A DNA stretch of 63,932 nucleotides, counting the filler, from Octopus bimaculoides (taxonomy: Eukaryota): the NCBI RefSeq assembly GCF_001194135.2. It is 6 parts of 6 records of this genome, joined end to end, with 100 filler letters (N's around TTAATTAATTAA, not from the genome) between each part and the next. Parts side by side here need not be neighbours in the genome. Positions count along the whole stretch, not along the records: positions 16,770 to 39,564 come from NC_068997.1; 5 more parts are not named here. The stretch is one strand, 5' to 3'. A program made the position numbers and the translations under genes. The stretch's first letter is position 1. Each line of letters begins with the position of its first letter. The notes below the pieces were generated by a model. The model saw only the letters and a program-made list of their open reading frames with translations, did not search any database and was not told where the DNA came from. Shown in pieces: positions 24,136 through 36,493 of this stretch.

Positions 24136-24939
24136 TTAATCTATACAGTGTTTTACTGTCAGTTTTGTGGTTTATGTCGGTGCCATTTCTCCCTTTTTTA
24201 TCTTCTTTTTACTTTCTTTGTTTATTGTTTCACACCGAATAATTTTCCCCTCTTCTCTGATGTGGTTTATGGCGTTTGAGGTTGACCCTGGTTTCAAATG
24301 AAATTTGCTATTTTTAATACGTAACTGGGGTTGCATTTTTTAATTTTATTTTGCATTATGGGATATGTTTTTATTTATACTTCTATTTTTTAAATTTTAT
24401 TCTTGCATACATGTAGTGCAGAATTTATGTTGGTGGTTGTGGGGTCGTTGAATTCCGAAAGCCACCATACTGTTTCTTGGTGGTGGAGGTATTATAGGTG
24501 ATGGTGTCGTTGGTGGTGGTGTTCCTTGATGGTAAGATNNNNNNNNNNNNNNNNNNNNNNNNNNNNNNNNNNNNNNNNNNNNNNNNNNNNNNNNNNNNNN
24601 NNNNNNNNNNNNNNNNNNNNNNNNNNNNNNNNNNNNNNNNNNNNNNNNNNNNNNNNNNNNNNNNNNNNNNNNNNNNNNNNNNNNNNNNNNNNNNNNNNNN
24701 NNNNNNNNNNNNNNNNNNNNNNNNNNNNNNNNNNNNNNNNNNNNNNNNNNNNNNNNNNNNNNNNNNNNNNNNNNNNNNNNNNNNNNNNNNNNNNNNNNNN
24801 NNNNNNNNNNNNNNNNNNNNNNNNNNNNNNNNNNNNNNNNNNNNNNNNNNNNNNNNNNNNNNNNNNNNNNNNNNNNNNNNNNNNNNNNNNNNNNNNNNNN
24901 NNNNNNNNNNNNNNNNNNNNNNNNNNNATTGCCATAATG

Positions 24940-25104
24940 GGTTTTAGTCGAAGAAATCGACCCCAGAATTTATTCTTTGTAAGCCTAGTACTTATTCTAT
25001 CGGTTTCTTTTGCCGAACTACTATGTTACGGGAACGTAAACACACCAGCACAGGTTGTCAAGCAGTGGTGGGGGGACAAACGCAGACACAAAGATACACA
25101 CACA

Positions 25105-25147
<43 letters not shown>

Positions 25148-25300
25148 GACGGGCTTCTTTCAGTTTCTGTTTACCAAATCCACTCACAAGGATTTGGTCG
25201 GCCCGGGGCTATAGTGGAAAACACTTGCCCAAGGTGCCATACTGTGGGACTGAACCCAGAACCATGTGGTTGGGAAGCAAGCTTCTTACCACACAGCTAG
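24940..25300 (-). mobile_element. SINE family 1, near complete
   Basis: Matches the reverse complement of 28904-29250. Confidence 0.92.
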
Positions 25301-25784
25301 GCCGGCGCATGTATTTATATGTTTGTACACACACACACAGACATAAAGTATATAAATTTAATATAGGTTTTGATCATTAAATTTTCGTTGGTACTGCACG
25401 CTATTAGAGAGGCTGCGTATGTGGACGTGAACCAGCGCACAAATATTTATTTGTGGTTTTCATACATTTTTATTAACCCTCATCGTTTATATTTACGTGT
25501 GCTCTTGTATCTAACTTAATGCAACCTCATTCATGAGATAACGAACATAATAGGAATCTTATGTAATACAGCAAGCTAGATAATATCATAGGAGTATTAT
25601 GAAAGTAAGAACTTGGTTACTGAAGGTGAAATAAGTAGAATGAATTCAAACTACAGTATGTAAATGATAAGTGCAAGATACGTAACTGAAAGTCGGTACC
25701 ATTTGTCGAACACAATACAAGTATATTTGTTTCTTTATCGCCCACAAGGGGCTAAACATATAAATGAACAAACAAGAACAGACA

Positions 25785-26075
25785 AAGAGATTAAGTCGAT
25801 TACATCGACCCCAAGGATGAAAGACAAAGTCGACCTCGGCGGAATTTGAACTCAAAACGTAACGGCAGACGAAATACCGCTAAGCATTTCGCCCGGCGTG
25901 CTAACGACTCTGCCAGCTCGCCGCCTTTCAATACAAGTATATTCTTTTCTACTCTAGGCACAAGGCCCGAAATGTTTGGGGAGGAGGGGGGTGCAGTCGA
26001 TTAGATCGACTCCAGTATACAACTGGTACTTAATTTATTGTTACCCGGAAGGTTGAAAGGCAAAGTCGACCTCGG
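25785..26075 (-). mobile_element. Two SINE family 2 copies in tandem
   Basis: 25790-25930 (...gtcgacctcggcggaatttgaactc...ctctgccagctcgccgcctt) and 25935-26075 (3' part running into a gap). Confidence 0.85.
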
Positions 26076-26475
26076 NNNNNNNNNNNNNNNNNNNNNNNNN
26101 NNNNNNNNNNNNNNNNNNNNNNNNNNNNNNNNNNNNNNNNNNNNNNNNNNNNNNNNNNNNNNNNNNNNNNNNNNNNNNNNNNNNNNNNNNNNNNNNNNNN
26201 NNNNNNNNNNNNNNNNNNNNNNNNNNNNNNNNNNNNNNNNNNNNNNNNNNNNNNNNNNNNNNNNNNNNNNNNNNNNNNNNNNNNNNNNNNNNNNNNNNNN
26301 NNNNNNNNNNNNNNNNNNNNNNNNNNNNNNNNNNNNNNNNNNNNNNNNNNNNNNNNNNNNNNNNNNNNNNNNNNNNNNNNNNNNNNNNNNNNNNNNNNNN
26401 NNNNNNNNNNNNNNNNNNNNNNNNNNNNNNNNNNNNNNNNNNNNNNNNNNNNNNNNNNNNNNNNNNNNNNNNNTT

Positions 26476-26979
26476 AGAACAAACAATACCGCGGTAGTTA
26501 CCATTATTGGCTTTTGGTGCAAAATGCACTCTTGTTTATATCGCTAACAGGGAGATAAATCCCCTGCTACCTCCAGCGCCGGGACCACCAGAGCACGTGA
26601 TTTCGACCTTCCATGGTCTTGCCAATGTTGGACGCTCGACCGCTAGAGATAGCAGCGATTCATCTTCCTGCCTGTGGTATATAGAATGACAGTGCCAGAA
26701 CAGGCGTTTGTGTCGCGATTAGCCAGTGAACTTGAGTTTTCTGGAGCTTTCGATGAAGCTATTTGACGGGAAAACTTGTACACTTCCTCTGAAGTTCACC
26801 GTATCGAATATAATAAACCAGCCAATGCTGGTCGGTCGAGTCATATTCGCATAGGCGGTAATGCCTTTTATGGCGACACTTTGCTGTTGCTTGAAAAATT
26901 TGAGAGCGACGGTTCGATACTCATCAGGAGCGTCGCTACATATATAATTCCAGACGAGAATAAACAATTCAGCTGATAA
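26476..26979 (+). pseudogene. Unidentified coding-like island with stops/frameshift
   Basis: Non-repetitive and more GC-rich than the flanks. 26686-26976 reads MTVPEQAFVSRLASELEFSGAFDEAI*RENLYTSSEVHRIEYNKPANAGRSSHIRIGGNAFYGDTLLLLEKFESDGSILIRSVATYIIPDENKQFS with one stop. ORF 26507-26689 overlaps it by ATGA. Confidence 0.4.
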
Positions 26980-27648
26980 ATGTTATCCATTTCTACATGT
27001 TTTTACTCATTAATGGCTGTGGCCATGCCAAGCGCCATCTTCAAGGGCCTTTAGTCGACAATATAAAGCCTACCAGGATGGGATGTGAGTGTGCGTGGTC
27101 TGGAAGCAAGGTCACTTGCTCGGCGATCTCAGGTCACTTGACATAATGTGGTAGCCATCAGTTAGACTAAAATCTCGCCCATTTACGATCTCGCACACAC
27201 TCTCGCCCATTTACGATGACAATGAGATGTTCCCGTCACGCGGTTTATCAGGATTAGGTGAAAGGGGTGACAGTTCTATTCCGGAAATCCTTCGATCTCA
27301 AAGTGCTGGCAATCTTTGGTATCGTGGCATGACCCAAGTAGTTTTTTTAAAAATATAAACTCTACAACACAACACCACTTTACAGTATATATATATACAT
27401 ACACACATACATACATACATACATACATACATACATACATACATACATANNNNNNNNNNNNNNNNNNNNNNNNNNNNNNNNNNNNNNNNNNNNNNNNNNN
27501 NNNNNNNNNNNNNNNNNNNNNNNNNNNNNNNNNNNNNNNNNNNNNNNNNNNNNNNNNNNNNNNNNNNNNNNNNNNNNNNNNNNNNNNNNNNNNNNNNNNN
27601 NNNNNNNNNNNNNNNNNNNNNNNNNNNNNNNNNNNNNNNNNNNNNNNN

Positions 27649-27706
<58 letters not shown>

Positions 27707-28424
27707 CATATCTATATGTATATACGTGTCTAAATTTTCACACCGAAGTTTCTGTCTGAAATTTCACTCACAAGACAATAGTGAACTCGGTTATAAGAAA
27801 CCTGTCCAAAGTGTCACGCAATCGGATGGAATTTTGAACCACGCTTTTGTGTAGCGAGTTCCTTAACCTGACGTCAATTCCTGCAGTTATAGAGAAATCT
27901 AAAATGAATATCGTACTGTGATAGCTAGCTTAATAATTGATACAGCATTTCATTTATCTTCGTAACAAATTTTCCTTCGAGAAATTTCTTGTATGTTAAT
28001 AGGTTTTTCTATTGTTTTCTCTCTTGTATTTAACCACAAATAGTTACTTCTGGCATAATATCAGCTGCTTATATTTCAACAAGTGTACATAAACGAATGT
28101 CTGTATACAAATACAAGTGTCTTCATATTATTATTATAAGAGGACAGTATGTGGGCAGAAATAAATGTATGTATGACGTTCTTTTTTTTAGCCACAGATC
28201 AGCCATGATAAAGTATATCTAAGATCAAGGTTGATCCAGCTGCTAGCCATCTCGTCTTTCATTCAGGCATACTTTATCTACCTTCGACTGCATTATATAA
28301 TGTAGTTTTTCCTTTTTAAAGACAATAAAATGTGAATTGACAGACATTTTGGTTGCTATATCTAGCAGTTCGAAATCCCTTCTTGGCTCGTTTGGACTCA
28401 AGAGTTGGTAAGGTTAGGTTTTTG

Positions 28425-28680
28425 ATTAGAGAATTTTTTAGTCGAATGAATCGACCGCAGTACTTATTTTAAAAGTCTGGTCCATATTCTATCAGTCTCT
28501 TTTGTCGAACCGCTAATGTTACGGGAACGTAAACACACCAACACCGGTTGTCAAGCGGTGGTAGGGGGACAAACATAGACACAATAGCACACACACACAA
28601 ACACATACACACACGATGGGCTTCTTTCAGTTACCGTTTGCCAAATCCACTCACAAAGATTTGGTCGACCCAAGGCTATA
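28425..28680 (-). mobile_element. SINE family 1 (3' two-thirds)
   Basis: ttagtcgaatgaatcgacc...ctatcagtctcttttgtcgaaccgctaa...atccactcacaaag. Confidence 0.88.
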
Positions 28681-28741
28681 CTACTACTCTACCATCACTA
28701 CAACAAGTGCTACTACAACCACTACAAGTACTAAAACCAGC

Positions 28742-28773
<32 letters not shown>

Positions 28774-28903
28774 CAACACCACTACTATTAACACTACTAC
28801 TACTAGCAGTACCAGCAGCAATAGTGGTAGTAGTTGTTGGTGTTGTCAGGTCCAAATTTCCCAAGAATGCTGTCTCTAAGGGCTAAAAACAGAAAAGAAC
28901 CTT

Positions 28904-29250
28904 GGACATGGTTGTGTGGTAAGAAGCTTGCTTCCCAACCACATGATTCCGGGTTCAGTCTCACGGCGTGACACCTTGGGCAAGTGCCTTCTACTATAGC
29001 CTCGGGCCGACCAAAACCTTGTGAGTGGATTTGGTAGACGGAAACTGAAAGAAGCCCGTCGTATATATATTTATATATATGACAATGGATGTTGGTGTGT
29101 TTACGTCCCCGTAACCTAGCGGTTCGGCTAAAGACACCGATAGAAGAAGTACTAGGCTTACAAAGAATAAGTCCTGGGGTCGATTAGTTCGACTAAAGGC
29201 GGTGCTCCAGCACGGCCGCAGTTAAATGACAGAAACAAGTAAAAAAAAAT
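28904..29250 (+). mobile_element. SINE family 1, complete copy (tRNA-type head)
   Basis: A-box-like tggttgtgtggt, B-box-like ggttcagtct, caccttgggcaagtg, internal (TA)n, A-rich 3' end gaaacaagtaaaaaaaa. Confidence 0.92.
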
Positions 29251-29969
29251 CGTATTTTATTAGCGGAGAGCTTGAACTCAAGAGGTTTGCATTTCTAGAG
29301 GCGCCAAACGACGAACAAAACTGCAAAGCATTTTATTAAATCCATCCAGAAGTTCTATCATTTTTGCCAATACACCGCCCAACTTTAGCCTGGAATGCTG
29401 ACAAAGAAAATATGTTCAACAGCCAAAGACTGTTTGTTATCAAGATGANNNNNNNNNNNNNNNNNNNNNNNNNNNNNNNNNNNNNNNNNNNNNNNNNNNN
29501 NNNNNNNNNNNNNNNNNNNNNNNNNNNNNNNNNNNNNNNNNNNNNNNNNNNNNNNNNNNNNNNNNNNNNNNNNNNNNNNNNNNNNNNNNNNNNNNNNNNN
29601 NNNNNNNNNNNNNNNNNNNNNNNNNNNNNNNNNNNNNNNNNNNNNNNNNNNNNNNNNNNNNNNNNNNNNNNNNNNNNNNNNNNNNNNNNNNNNNNNNNNN
29701 NNNNNNNNNNNNNNNNNNNNNNNNNNNNNNNNNNNNNNNNNNNNNNNNNNNNNNNNNNNNNNNNNNNNNNNNNNNNNNNNNNNNNNNNNNNNNNNNNNNN
29801 NNNNNNNNNNNNNNNNNNNNNNNNNNNNNNNNNNNNNNNNNNNNNNNNNNNNNNNNNNNNNNNNNNNNNNNNNNNNNNNNNNNNNNNNNNNNNNNNNNNN
29901 NNNNNNNNCTGCTGCCGCTGCTGCCGCTGCTGCCGCTGCTCTTACTGCTACTACTACTAATGGTTTCAA

Positions 29970-30143
29970 ATTTTGGCATAAGATCAGCAATTTCGGGGTG
30001 GGTGGGTACTTATTTTATCAATCCCTCAAAAGGTTGATAGGCAAAGCCGACCCTGGTACAATTTGAATGCAGAACGCAAGGACGGACGAAATGCCGCTAA
30101 GTAACTTTCCCAGCGTGCTAAATGATTCTGCCAGATCGCCGCC

Positions 30144-30145
<2 letters not shown>
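29970..30145 (-). mobile_element. SINE family 2
   Basis: aggcaaagccgacc...atttgaatgcagaacg...gattctgccagatcgccgcctt followed by (TAA)n. Confidence 0.8.
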
Positions 30146-30192
<47 letters not shown>

Positions 30193-30611
30193 TAATAATG
30201 ATAATAATAATCTTACTATAATGGGCGTTATGTCCGTCTGTCTGTTTGCCTGACTGTCTGTTTGTCTGTTCCATCTTCACAGTCAATCGCCTGGACCAAT
30301 GGTCACTATGCTTTTCGGGATTACGAAGAAGGTGATCAGGAAGGATTTTAGCGAAGAAAAATGTGAAAAAGTATAATTATTTAGTGGATATTGAGTCTTG
30401 TATTAAGTCACCTTTGAGTGTCGTATCTGTGAATATATTTCCTTCTTAGCCAGGACTGAGCAGCCAGAGACAATATAGTTTATTGTTTCTTTGTCCATCT
30501 AAGTTGATAAAGCAATGAAAATAGGTATTGGTAACTGTATTTTGATCGTGCTGTTTGCTAATAATTTAATTTTTGCCCATTCTTTTTTTATAATTCTACT
30601 CATTCTCAAAA

Positions 30612-30860
30612 GTGGAGGCGCGTGGCTTAGTGGTTAGCATCATGATCGTAAGATTGTGGTTTCGATTCCTGGACGGGGCGACGTGTTGTGCTCTTGAGCA
30701 AAACACTTCATTTCACATTGCTCCAGTCCACTCAGCTGGCAAAAATGAGTGACGCTGCGATGGACTGGCGTCCCGTCCAGTTGGGAAACACATACGCCAT
30801 TGAAACCAGGAAACCGGACCCATGAGCCTGGGTAGGCTTTAAAAGGGCGCATTTATTATT
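30612..30860 (+). mobile_element. SINE family 3 (tRNA-type head, CORE-like middle)
   Basis: A box tggcttagtggt, B box ggtttcgattcc, ttgagcaaaacacttcatttcacattgctccagtccactcagctgg; near-identical copy at 54776-55020. Confidence 0.88.
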
Positions 30861-31123
30861 TATGCTAATTCTCAAAAGAAAAACGAAAAAAGAACATTGA
30901 GATTTTATCCTCAATGACACGGCATTACAATAGTAATTTGAAGACGTGATTGGGAAAATCCCGAAACGCCAGCTTAAGAAATTCAAGAAACTAGTCACAG
31001 ACCGGGCGGAGAGAACTAGCCAGGAAATGAGTAATATCCTTAACTTGAGAATAGTCATATTTTTAGTATCACACGTACACGTACACACACACCTATACTT
31101 CCATATATATGCATAAGTGAAAT

Positions 31124-31158
<35 letters not shown>

Positions 31159-31182
31159 CACATATATATATATACATCCAGC

Positions 31183-31238
<56 letters not shown>

Positions 31239-31827
31239 NNNNNNNNNNNNNNNNNNNNNNNNNNNNNNNNNNNNNNNNNNNNNNNNNNNNNNNNNNNNNN
31301 NNNNNNNNNNNNNNNNNNNNNNNNNNNNNNNNNNNNNNNNNNNNNNNNNNNNNNNNNNNNNNNNNNNNNNNNNNNNNNNNNNNNNNNNNNNNNNNNNNNN
31401 NNNNNNNNNNNNNNNNNNNNNNNNNNNNNNNNNNNNNNNNNNNNNNNNNNNNNNNNNNNNNNNNNNNNNNNNNNNNNNNNNNNNNNNNNNNNNNNNNNNN
31501 NNNNNNNNNNNNNNNNNNNNNNNNNNNNNNNNNNNNNNNNNNNNNNNNNNNNNNNNNNNNNNNNNNNNNNNNNNNNNNNNNNNNNNNNNNNNNNNNNNNN
31601 NNNNNNNNNNNNNNNNNNNNNNNNNNNNNNNNNNNNNNNNNNNNNNNNNNNAACATTAAATCAATTGAAATTACATCCTAAAATAGGACAAAAGTCTTTA
31701 GCATTAATGACAATTCTTTTCAAGACTGACAAAAGAAACATCCGAAATTTAAATTGATGACGAGTTGAATAAAGACATGCCGTAAGTGGAAAATGATATA
31801 TATATATAAATATATATATATATAAGT

Positions 31828-32015
31828 GTGGAGGCAGCGGACTCGCGGTCGGAAGATCGCGGTTTCGATTCCCAGACCGGGCGTTGTGTGTGTTTATTGA
31901 GCGAAAACACCTAAAAAGCTCTACGGCAAGGGTGGTGGCGACCTCTGTTCTACTCTTTCGCCCCAACTTTCTCTCACTCTTTCTTCCTGTTTCTTGAGTA
32001 AGGCTGTGATGGACT
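31828..32015 (+). mobile_element. SINE related to family 3, 3'-truncated
   Basis: ggtttcgattccc, ttgagcgaaaacac, gtgatggactg. Confidence 0.65.
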
Positions 32016-32019
32016 GACG

Positions 32020-32400
32020 ACCAGCCAGCCTTCAGGGTCCACAAACACTGTACCTGTCTGCAGAGCCAAGCCTTTTCGGACCCGGACTACTACACTCCCC
32101 TTGATATCCGGTGTGGCCATGAGACATGATTTTCTCATAGCCATTCAGGAGAACCGAGAAAGTTTGTAGCCTGTCCAGATTGGTCTCTGTAGCAACCATC
32201 ACATGTATATCATGTAATCTGAGGTCGTCGAAGAAACATGCTTGCTTCCACTTCGAGCTCAGACCACGCACATTTAAAGAAAAGTAAAGGTTCTACTTAC
32301 TTTTCATTGGCGATGTGAGGGACGACCTCACGTCTTGTGAGGGGGCCCTTCTTTTCTCCTCTTTCCTGAGGTATTTTGGAACGTCTTTTAACCTAGAGAT
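32020..32400 (-). mobile_element. LINE fragment: APE endonuclease N-terminus (L1/Tx1-like)
   Basis: NVRGLSSKWKQACFFDDLRLHDIHVMVATETNL resembles the N(V)RG...xET APE start. Confidence 0.6.
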
Positions 32401-33689
32401 GGCTTCTGGATGCCTCCCCTTCAGCTGTTTAAATAATATTTCGGTCGAGATAAATTAGCAGAAAACACACGAATTAAAAAAAAAAACACAGTTCCAAGAT
32501 TTTTTTTTTTTTNNNNNNNNNNNNNNNNNNNNNNNNNNNNNNNNNNNNNNNNNNNNNNNNNNNNNNNNNNNNNNNNNNNNNNNNNNNNNNNNNNNNNNNN
32601 NNNNNNNNNNNNNNNNNNNNNNNNNNNNNNNNNNNNNNNNNNNNNNNNNNNNNNNNNNNNNNNNNNNNNNNNNNNNNNNNNNNNNNNNNNNNNNNNNNNN
32701 NNNNNNNNNNNNNNNNNNNNNNNNNNNNNNNNNNNNNNNNNNNNNNNNNNNNNNNNNNNNNNNNNNNNNNNNNNNNNNNNNNNNNNNNNNNNNNNNNNNN
32801 NNNNNNNNNNNNNNNNNNNNNNNNNNNNNNNNNNNNNNNNNNNNNNNNNNNNNNNNNNNNNNNNNNNNNNNNNNNNNNNNNNNNNNNNNNNNNNNNNNNN
32901 NNNNNNNNNNNNNNNNNNNNNNNNNNNNNNNNNNNNNNNNNNNNNNNNNNNNNNNNNNNNNNNNNNNNNNNNNNNNNNNNNNNNNNNNNNNNNNNNNNNN
33001 NNNNNNNNNNNNNNNNNNNNNNNNNNNNNNNNNNNNNNNNNNNNNNNNNNNNNNNNNNNNNNNNNNNNNNNNNNNNNNNNNNNNNNNNNNNNNNNNNNNN
33101 NNNNNNNNNNNNNNNNNNNNNNNNNNNNNNNNNNNNNNNNNNNNNNNNNNNNNNNNNNNNNNNNNNNNNNNNNNNNNNNNNNNNNNNNNNNNNNNNNNNN
33201 NNNNNNNNNNNNNNNNNNNNNNNNNNNNNNNNNNNNNNNNNNNNNNNNNNNNNNNNNNNNNNNNNNNNNNNNNNNNNNNNNNNNNNNNNNNNNNNNNNNN
33301 NNNNNNNNNNNNNNNNNNNNNNNNNNNNNNNNNNNNNNNNNNNNNNNNNNNNNNNNTATAATGAAAGATGAAATGAAACCGTTCGGCCCCACCTCCGAGC
33401 TACTTCATTGAACCAGTTAATACAAGCTTTTTTTTTTTTAACTAGTTTATAATGGTTTTTTTTAAAGACTAATTAGCGACAGCTAATTACCATCCTTCCG
33501 AAGAATGTTTTAGGAGGAATTTCAACCATGTTTCGTGGTCTGCTACCACAACAGCTCCTTTATAGGATCCAGTTAGCTCAAGACATCATCATTCCGAAAA
33601 CTTACTTGTTTCGGCATTGAGCTGGTGTCCAATTTCTTGACCCATTACATTTCAAAAAGATTCAGCGCTGAGTTGCTGAAGCAGAAATA

Positions 33690-33870
33690 TTGTTATAGCA
33701 AATATTCTGCTCAATACCAGAGATCTACTTGTTAGTTACTTGAACTTAACCACTTAAATACGTCCCTTAGTTGCTGACAATATGTGCATCTGCATCTCTG
33801 ATCATGAGCAGGAGTAGTGGGGGAGCATCATAGTCATATGTTGAGAGGAATTCTTTGGTGTTTGAATACA
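33690..33870 (+). mobile_element. Family A internal fragment
   Basis: agcaaatattctgctcaatacc...atctctgatcatgagcagg.gtagtgggggagcatcatag. Confidence 0.75.
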
Positions 33871-34498
33871 TGCAACAAAAGCAAAGGCTGAAGGAAATGT
33901 TAACCATTTTTCATACATTCTAGGGGTAAGCAAATTGGAAATAACAGCTGATGCCTGAGGACAAAAATCGTGTTACACAGTGTTAAGAACGGCTCAACTA
34001 AAAACACACACAGTTAAAGAAAGCAACAAAAATATTGTCGCTTGGAGGCCCAGTATGACTGCAGTCCAATGGCAGAAATTAATATAGTATATATGAATAT
34101 AATATATTACCATCCAACCCTTCAAAACTGTTTATTGGTTGTACCAAACAAAACCCCAAGATAAGAAACGATTTATAAATATAACATCCGTTACTCTATA
34201 AGTGGACATACTGATCATTGTGTCATGCGACCTTCAAACGCCGATGAAACGACAAATATCAGATGGAGGCTCTAAATAGAAAATGGAGAAAGGAAATACG
34301 AGAAATTAAAGATAAAAATAAATAAGACATAATAATGTAAGAGCAATGTCGTGTATTTCTTTTGAAACATGTCCGATGTATAATATAATCAGTTTAATAT
34401 GGAAGTATGCATGTATAGTATGTGTGTGCGCGCACGTGTGTGTGGTGTGTGTAAATTTGTTATGTGCGTGTGTGTATATGTGAGTGTGTATATATTTA

Positions 34499-34548
<50 letters not shown>

Positions 34549-35384
34549 CATATGCACACATATGCATACATATATATTATACATTCATATGTGTGTATGC
34601 AAAAACACGNNNNNNNNNNNNNNNNNNNNNNNNNNNNNNNNNNNNNNNNNNNNNNNNNNNNNNNNNNNNNNNNNNNNNNNNNNNNNNNNNNNNNNNNNNN
34701 NNNNNNNNNNNNNNNNNNNNNNNNNNNNNNNNNNNNNNNNNNNNNNNNNNNNNNNNNNNNNNNNNNNNNNNNNNNNNNNNNNNNNNNNNNNNNNNNNNNN
34801 NNNNNNNNNNNNNNNNNNNNNNNNNNNNNNNNNNNNNNNNNNNNNNNNNNNNNNNNNNNNNNNNNNNNNNNNNNNNNNNNNNNNNNNNNNNNNNNNNNNN
34901 NNNNNNNNNNNNNNNNNNNNNNNNNATACATTCACAGACATACACGCACACACATATACATATATACACACGCACACACATATACATACATACATACATA
35001 CATACATTCACAGACATACACGCACACACATATACATATATACACACGCACACACATATACATACATACATACATACATACATTCACAGACATACACGTA
35101 CACACATATACATATATACACACGCACACACATATACATACATACATACATACATACATACATACATACATAATGTCGGAATTAGAGCTGCAAGTGAAGT
35201 ATGTGGTAAATTTGGCTCAGGTTACGATGGAATGCAGTGAAGTATACAGTAAAATGTTTCTGTACTGACCGCCAGGTGGCGCCGCCAGTTCCGCTTCAGC
35301 GTTATCGTTTTATATTATTACAAACAAGTTACTGCGAGTCTGCGGATGTATGTGTGGATGTCTGTGAATGTAATGTGCTTATGC

Positions 35385-35415
<31 letters not shown>

Positions 35416-35679
35416 TGTATGTATGTCACTCTAAGAGCATGCGTTTGCTTTTGCATGCGCGCTAGCTCGCGTTTCACGGTATATTTTGCACTGCATGCAT
35501 GAGCGAGTTTATGGACATGTATATACACCAACTCACACGCATGCACCGACACACACATATGCACATACACACACATGCACACATACAAACGCACTTACAA
35601 CGGGTGTAATCGTCACGCAATATGTATTGCATATATGCATGTATGTATGCAAGAATGTATGTATGTATATACATATATA

Positions 35680-35729
<50 letters not shown>

Positions 35730-36443
35730 NNNNNNNNNNNNNNNNNNNNNNNNNNNNNNNNNNNNNNNNNNNNNNNNNNNNNNNNNNNNNNNNNNNNNNN
35801 NNNNNNNNNNNNNNNNNNNNNNNNNNNNNNNNNNNNNNNNNNNNNNNNNNNNNNNNNNNNNNNNNNNNNNNNNNNNNNNNNNNNNNNNNNNNNNNNNNNN
35901 NNNNNNNNNNNNNNNNNNNNNNNNNNNNNNNNNNNNNNNNNNNNNNNNNNNNNNNNNNNNNNNNNNNNNNNNNNNNNNNNNNNNNNNNNNNNNNNNNNNN
36001 NNNNNNNNNNNNNNNNNNNNNNNNNNNNNNNNNNNNNNNNNNNNNNNNNNNNNNNNNNNNNNNNNNNNNNNNNNNNNNNNNNNNNNNNNNNNNNNNNNNN
36101 NNNNNNNNNNNNNNNNNNNNNNNNNNNNNNNNNNNNNNNNNNNNNNNNNNNNNNNNNNNNNNNNNNNNNNNNNNNNNNNNNNNNNNNNNNNNNNNNNNNN
36201 NNNNNNNNNNNNNNNNNNNNNNNNNNNNNNNNNNNNNNNNNNNNNNNNNNNNNNNNNNNNNNNNNNNNNNNNNNNNNNNNNNNNNNNNNNNNNNNNNNNN
36301 NNNNNNNNNNNNNNNNNNNNNNNNNNNNNNNNNNNNNNNNNNNNNNNNNNNNNNNNNNNNNNNNNNNNNNNNNNNNNNNNNNNNNNNNNNNNNNNNNNNN
36401 NNNNNNNNNNNNNNNNNNNNNNNNNNNNNNNNNNNNNNNNNNN

Positions 36444-36493
<50 letters not shown>

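Noticed and set aside
27170-27220. 17-bp direct repeat tctcgcccatttacgat x2
   Set aside because: Isolated local duplication with no element between the copies
33490-33680. Possible minus-strand mini-exons MGQEIGHQLNAET / AVVVADHETWLKFLLKH
   Set aside because: The implied intron is only 48 nt with a weak acceptor
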